From: Nanobdellati archaeon
GTDB taxonomy: Archaea; EX4484-52; GLR71
Assembly: GCA_019429005.1 (NCBI GenBank)
Contig: JAHYJR010000002.1
Coordinates: forward strand, 32,001-96,000
DNA: 64,000 nt
Direction of reading: 5' to 3'
Shown here in pieces: positions 61,070 through 64,000 of the stretch. The translations under genes and the position numbers were made by a program. The stretch's first letter is position 1; every line of letters begins with the position of its first letter. The notes under the pieces were generated by a model. The model was given only the letters and a program-made list of their open reading frames with translations, did no database searches and had not been told where the DNA came from.

Positions 61070-61681
61070 TTATTTAACTTCCTTTTTATTCTTATTCTTA
61101 TCTGTCTCTTTTATATCTTTCTTATTAGCTTCATTTATAACATTTTGTCTATCATCTTCAAGCCATGAGATTGCACCAAGACCAGGTTGTCTCATTGTAA
61201 GATTAATTTTATTTATTTCTTTTTTATCAAGACTGACAGCTATAATCCTTGCTTTAATATTATCTCCAACTTTAAGACTCTTTTTTGATTCTCTTGATAC
61301 AAGCATCTTTGATTTATCATCAAATGTAACAAAATCATTTATAACTTGAGATACATGACAAAGACCATCAATTGGTCCAAAACGTACAAATACACCAAAA
61401 CTTGTAATATCAACTACTTCACCAATTATAACTTCATGAAGTTTTGGATTATACACCAATGCATTAAATTCAATATCATAATGAACACTTGCATCATCAA
61501 TAATAATACGACCATCACCAATAGTATTTATACTAGATATAGCTAAAATAACACCAATATCATTTATTATATTATTTTCATATTTATCTGCAAGACTCAT
61601 CTTTACAGACGCATTTATATCTGTACCAAGATATTTTGGTAGTACTCTTATAGTATCTTTAAATTCAACAAGTTCAAACAT
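61070..61681 (-). CDS. rpoE1: DNA-directed RNA polymerase subunit E' (Rpo7)
   Basis: FGVFVRFGPIDGLCHVSQ, LTMRQPGLG. Confidence 0.97.
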   Translation of the reverse strand: MFELVEFKDTIRVLPKYLGTDINASVKMSLADKYENNIINDIGVILAISSINTIGDGRIIIDDASVHYDIEFNALVYNPKLHEVIIGEVVDITSFGVFVRFGPIDGLCHVSQVINDFVTFDDKSKMLVSRESKKSLKVGDNIKARIIAVSLDKKEINKINLTMRQPGLGAISWLEDDRQNVINEANKKDIKETDKNKNKKEVK

Positions 61682-61836
61682 AATTAAAACCTTTAAACAT
61701 TCTTATTTATAATTTTCTCAGTATATCCTAAAAGGAAACCATAATTCAAAAGAATTATAGAAAATAATATAATATACTTTAAGACAATAGACTTTTAAAA
61801 CTTTTTATTTTATCATATTATTTCAAAATATCTTTA

Positions 61837-62808
61837 TCAATTTAAGTTTTTATCAAGATATTCTGTAAGTGGTGGAACAACCTGTTTCTTACGTGATAAC
61901 ACACCTTTAAGATACATTTGATTGTTAATTAACTTTTCACCAAAAGTTTTCTCAATTAAATCGACTGAATCGGCCAAAGCAAACATAAGACACCCTTCTT
62001 TAATTATATCGGTTACCATAACAATAATACAATTAAGTTTTTTGTCATCCTTTATGAACTTCATCTTAAGAAGAATATCATTTTTACGCGTCTCTAAATC
62101 TGATGGATCAACAGTTTCAACTTGTGTTATTGCGAACCTAAAACTTTTTACATCATATTCCTTATAATCCGTATTAATTATCTCTAAGGTTGTCAAATTG
62201 CCCCAACAAGATTTTGCTTTAAAAGCATCTATACCAAACGATTCAATATTTTTAACACCCGCAATTTTAGCAAGTTTTTTTGCAATATCTTTATCAATAT
62301 CTGTTGTTATTGGTGATTTAAATATAACAGTATCAGATAATATTGCACCAAGTAAAATACCAGCAATACCTTTTTTTAACAAAATATTTGAATCAAAATA
62401 CATCTTTGCAATAATTGTAGATGTACTACCTAAAGGTTCTACATGGAATTGTATTGCTGTACCACTTGAAAAATTAACGTTATGATGATCAAGTATCTCA
62501 ACAATGTTTTCAATTTCAACACCATCAACCATTTGTGCAGACTGATTATGATCAACAAGTATAAGCTTTTTCCCTTTAGCATCTTTAAGCTGTATTGGTG
62601 CCTTTATATCAAAATAATCAAGTATAAACTGTGTCTCTAAATTAATATCAGAAGGTCTTGTTGCAACATATTTAATATTAAAATTGTTATTTAAATTTAA
62701 TTTGTTTTTAAAATATGCATAAGCTATAGCTGCACAAACCGAATCAGTATCATTATTTTTATGCCCTATAACATAGATTATATTATCATTATATACATTT
62801 TTTTCCAT
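61837..62808 (-). CDS. ppaC: manganese-dependent inorganic pyrophosphatase (DHH family II)
   Basis: GHKNNDTDS, LVDHN, LDHH, ILSDT, SRKKQVVP. Confidence 0.95.
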   Translation of the reverse strand: MEKNVYNDNIIYVIGHKNNDTDSVCAAIAYAYFKNKLNLNNNFNIKYVATRPSDINLETQFILDYFDIKAPIQLKDAKGKKLILVDHNQSAQMVDGVEIENIVEILDHHNVNFSSGTAIQFHVEPLGSTSTIIAKMYFDSNILLKKGIAGILLGAILSDTVIFKSPITTDIDKDIAKKLAKIAGVKNIESFGIDAFKAKSCWGNLTTLEIINTDYKEYDVKSFRFAITQVETVDPSDLETRKNDILLKMKFIKDDKKLNCIIVMVTDIIKEGCLMFALADSVDLIEKTFGEKLINNQMYLKGVLSRKKQVVPPLTEYLDKNLN

Positions 62809-62975
62809 ACAACACACCATACTAAAAATAATATAATTTTAATATTTTTAAACCTTGCTAATCAATAACTTAATCAATAACTAATAGATTATTAAAATAA
62901 AAGAATTTAAAAGAACAAAAAGCATTAACAAAATATATAATATAATACTTTGATTAACTATTTACAGGTGTTTCT

Positions 62976-64000
62976 ATTTTAAAAATAAATAAACGACAAT
63001 TAAAAACAATAATAAAAGAATTGAAATCGCTACGTGGTAGACATACCGAGTTTATAACAATATCAGTCCCAGCAGGATATAATCTTAATGAAATCTCAAA
63101 CCAAATACGTCAAGAAGCAGGAACAGCATCAAATATTAAATCAAAAAGCACAAGAAAAAATGTTGAAAGTGCGTTAGCAAAAATGGACCAAGCATTAAAA
63201 TCCGTAGCTTATACACCTGAAAATGGTCTTTGTATGTATTGCGGAAATATTAGTGAACAAGAAGGCGCAACAGATTTAAAATTATGGATGTTTGAACCAC
63301 CAGAACCAATTAATCTTAGATTATACAGATGCGAACAAGTATTTCTCCTAGATCATCTTTATGGACTTATAGAAGAAAAAGACGTCTATGGTCTTATGGC
63401 CATAGATAGTACTGAAGCAAGTATTGGTTTTGTTATTGGTACAGGAATACACATATCAACACACTTAACATCTCATGTACCTGGCAAAACAGGAAAAGGT
63501 GGACAAAGTGCACAAAGATTTGAACGTGTACGTTCAGGATTATTACTAACATTTTTAAAACAAATTGGTGAAGCAGCTACCAAAATCTTTGAAGAAAACA
63601 AATATCTAAAAGGTATCATTATAGGTGGACCTGGACCTGTTAAAGATAAATTTGCTGCAGGTGAATTCTTATCAAATTCACTAAAACGTAAAATTCTTGG
63701 TATAAAAGACATGTCATATTCGGGAAATGAAGGTATATATGATCTTGTAAATATTTCTGAAGATATTTTAAGAAATTCAAAAATAACTGATGAAAAAGCA
63801 ATTATAATCAAATTTTTTGAACATTTAAAAAAAGATGATGGTCTTGTTGTTTACGGTTTTGTTGAAATAAAATATGCACTTGAACTTGGTGCTGTTGATA
63901 AGATTTTAATATCTGAAGATTTACCAATAAAAAATTTCTTATTAACCTGCAATTCATGTGATTATAAAGAAGAAAAAATTACAAAAGAAACATCATTACC
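62976..64000 (+). CDS. prf1: peptide chain release factor aRF1; runs off the window end; probable ATT start
   Basis: Manual translation: LKSLRGRHTE, TASNIKS, YRCE, GKTGKGGQSAQRF, GGPG, ALELGAVD. Confidence 0.96.
   Translation, partial: MLKINKRQLKTIIKELKSLRGRHTEFITISVPAGYNLNEISNQIRQEAGTASNIKSKSTRKNVESALAKMDQALKSVAYTPENGLCMYCGNISEQEGATDLKLWMFEPPEPINLRLYRCEQVFLLDHLYGLIEEKDVYGLMAIDSTEASIGFVIGTGIHISTHLTSHVPGKTGKGGQSAQRFERVRSGLLLTFLKQIGEAATKIFEENKYLKGIIIGGPGPVKDKFAAGEFLSNSLKRKILGIKDMSYSGNEGIYDLVNISEDILRNSKITDEKAIIIKFFEHLKKDDGLVVYGFVEIKYALELGAVDKILISEDLPIKNFLLTCNSCDYKEEKITKETSL

Noticed and set aside
1-64000. tRNA/rRNA genes, IS elements, provirus or Borg-like element
   Set aside because: No GC-rich structured RNA segment, transposase, integrase or capsid gene was seen; the content is ordinary chromosomal housekeeping.

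Overview
Very AT-rich archaeal chromosomal segment, probably from a reduced DPANN-type lineage (Aenigmarchaeota-like is my inference from gene content and style, not a database result). Housekeeping genes: rpl10e, valS, gltX, RNase J, rpoE1-spt4-rps24e-rps27ae, ppaC and aRF1. The window also holds a uvrB/uvrA/exonuclease/uvrC repair cluster, glycogen phosphorylase and several transporters. An ~11.5 kb hydrogenase island carries the Mrp-like Mbh membrane arm (mbhA-I) running directly into hypCDE, with hypA, hypF and hycI nearby but no catalytic [NiFe] subunits. Genes the ORF track missed or truncated include a degenerate PEP synthase, a 55-aa histone-fold protein, spt4, a cysteine hydrolase and aRF1. 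Notable patterns: aRF1 and RNase J appear to start at ATT codons placed at the usual Shine-Dalgarno spacing; two intact ORFs have lost catalytic residues; UvrC lacks its HhH domain and is coupled to a DEDD exonuclease; about ten accessory genes are decaying; and short tandem repeats occur both between genes and in frame. No rRNA, tRNA, CRISPR array or transposase was seen. All assignments are from motif reading by eye.
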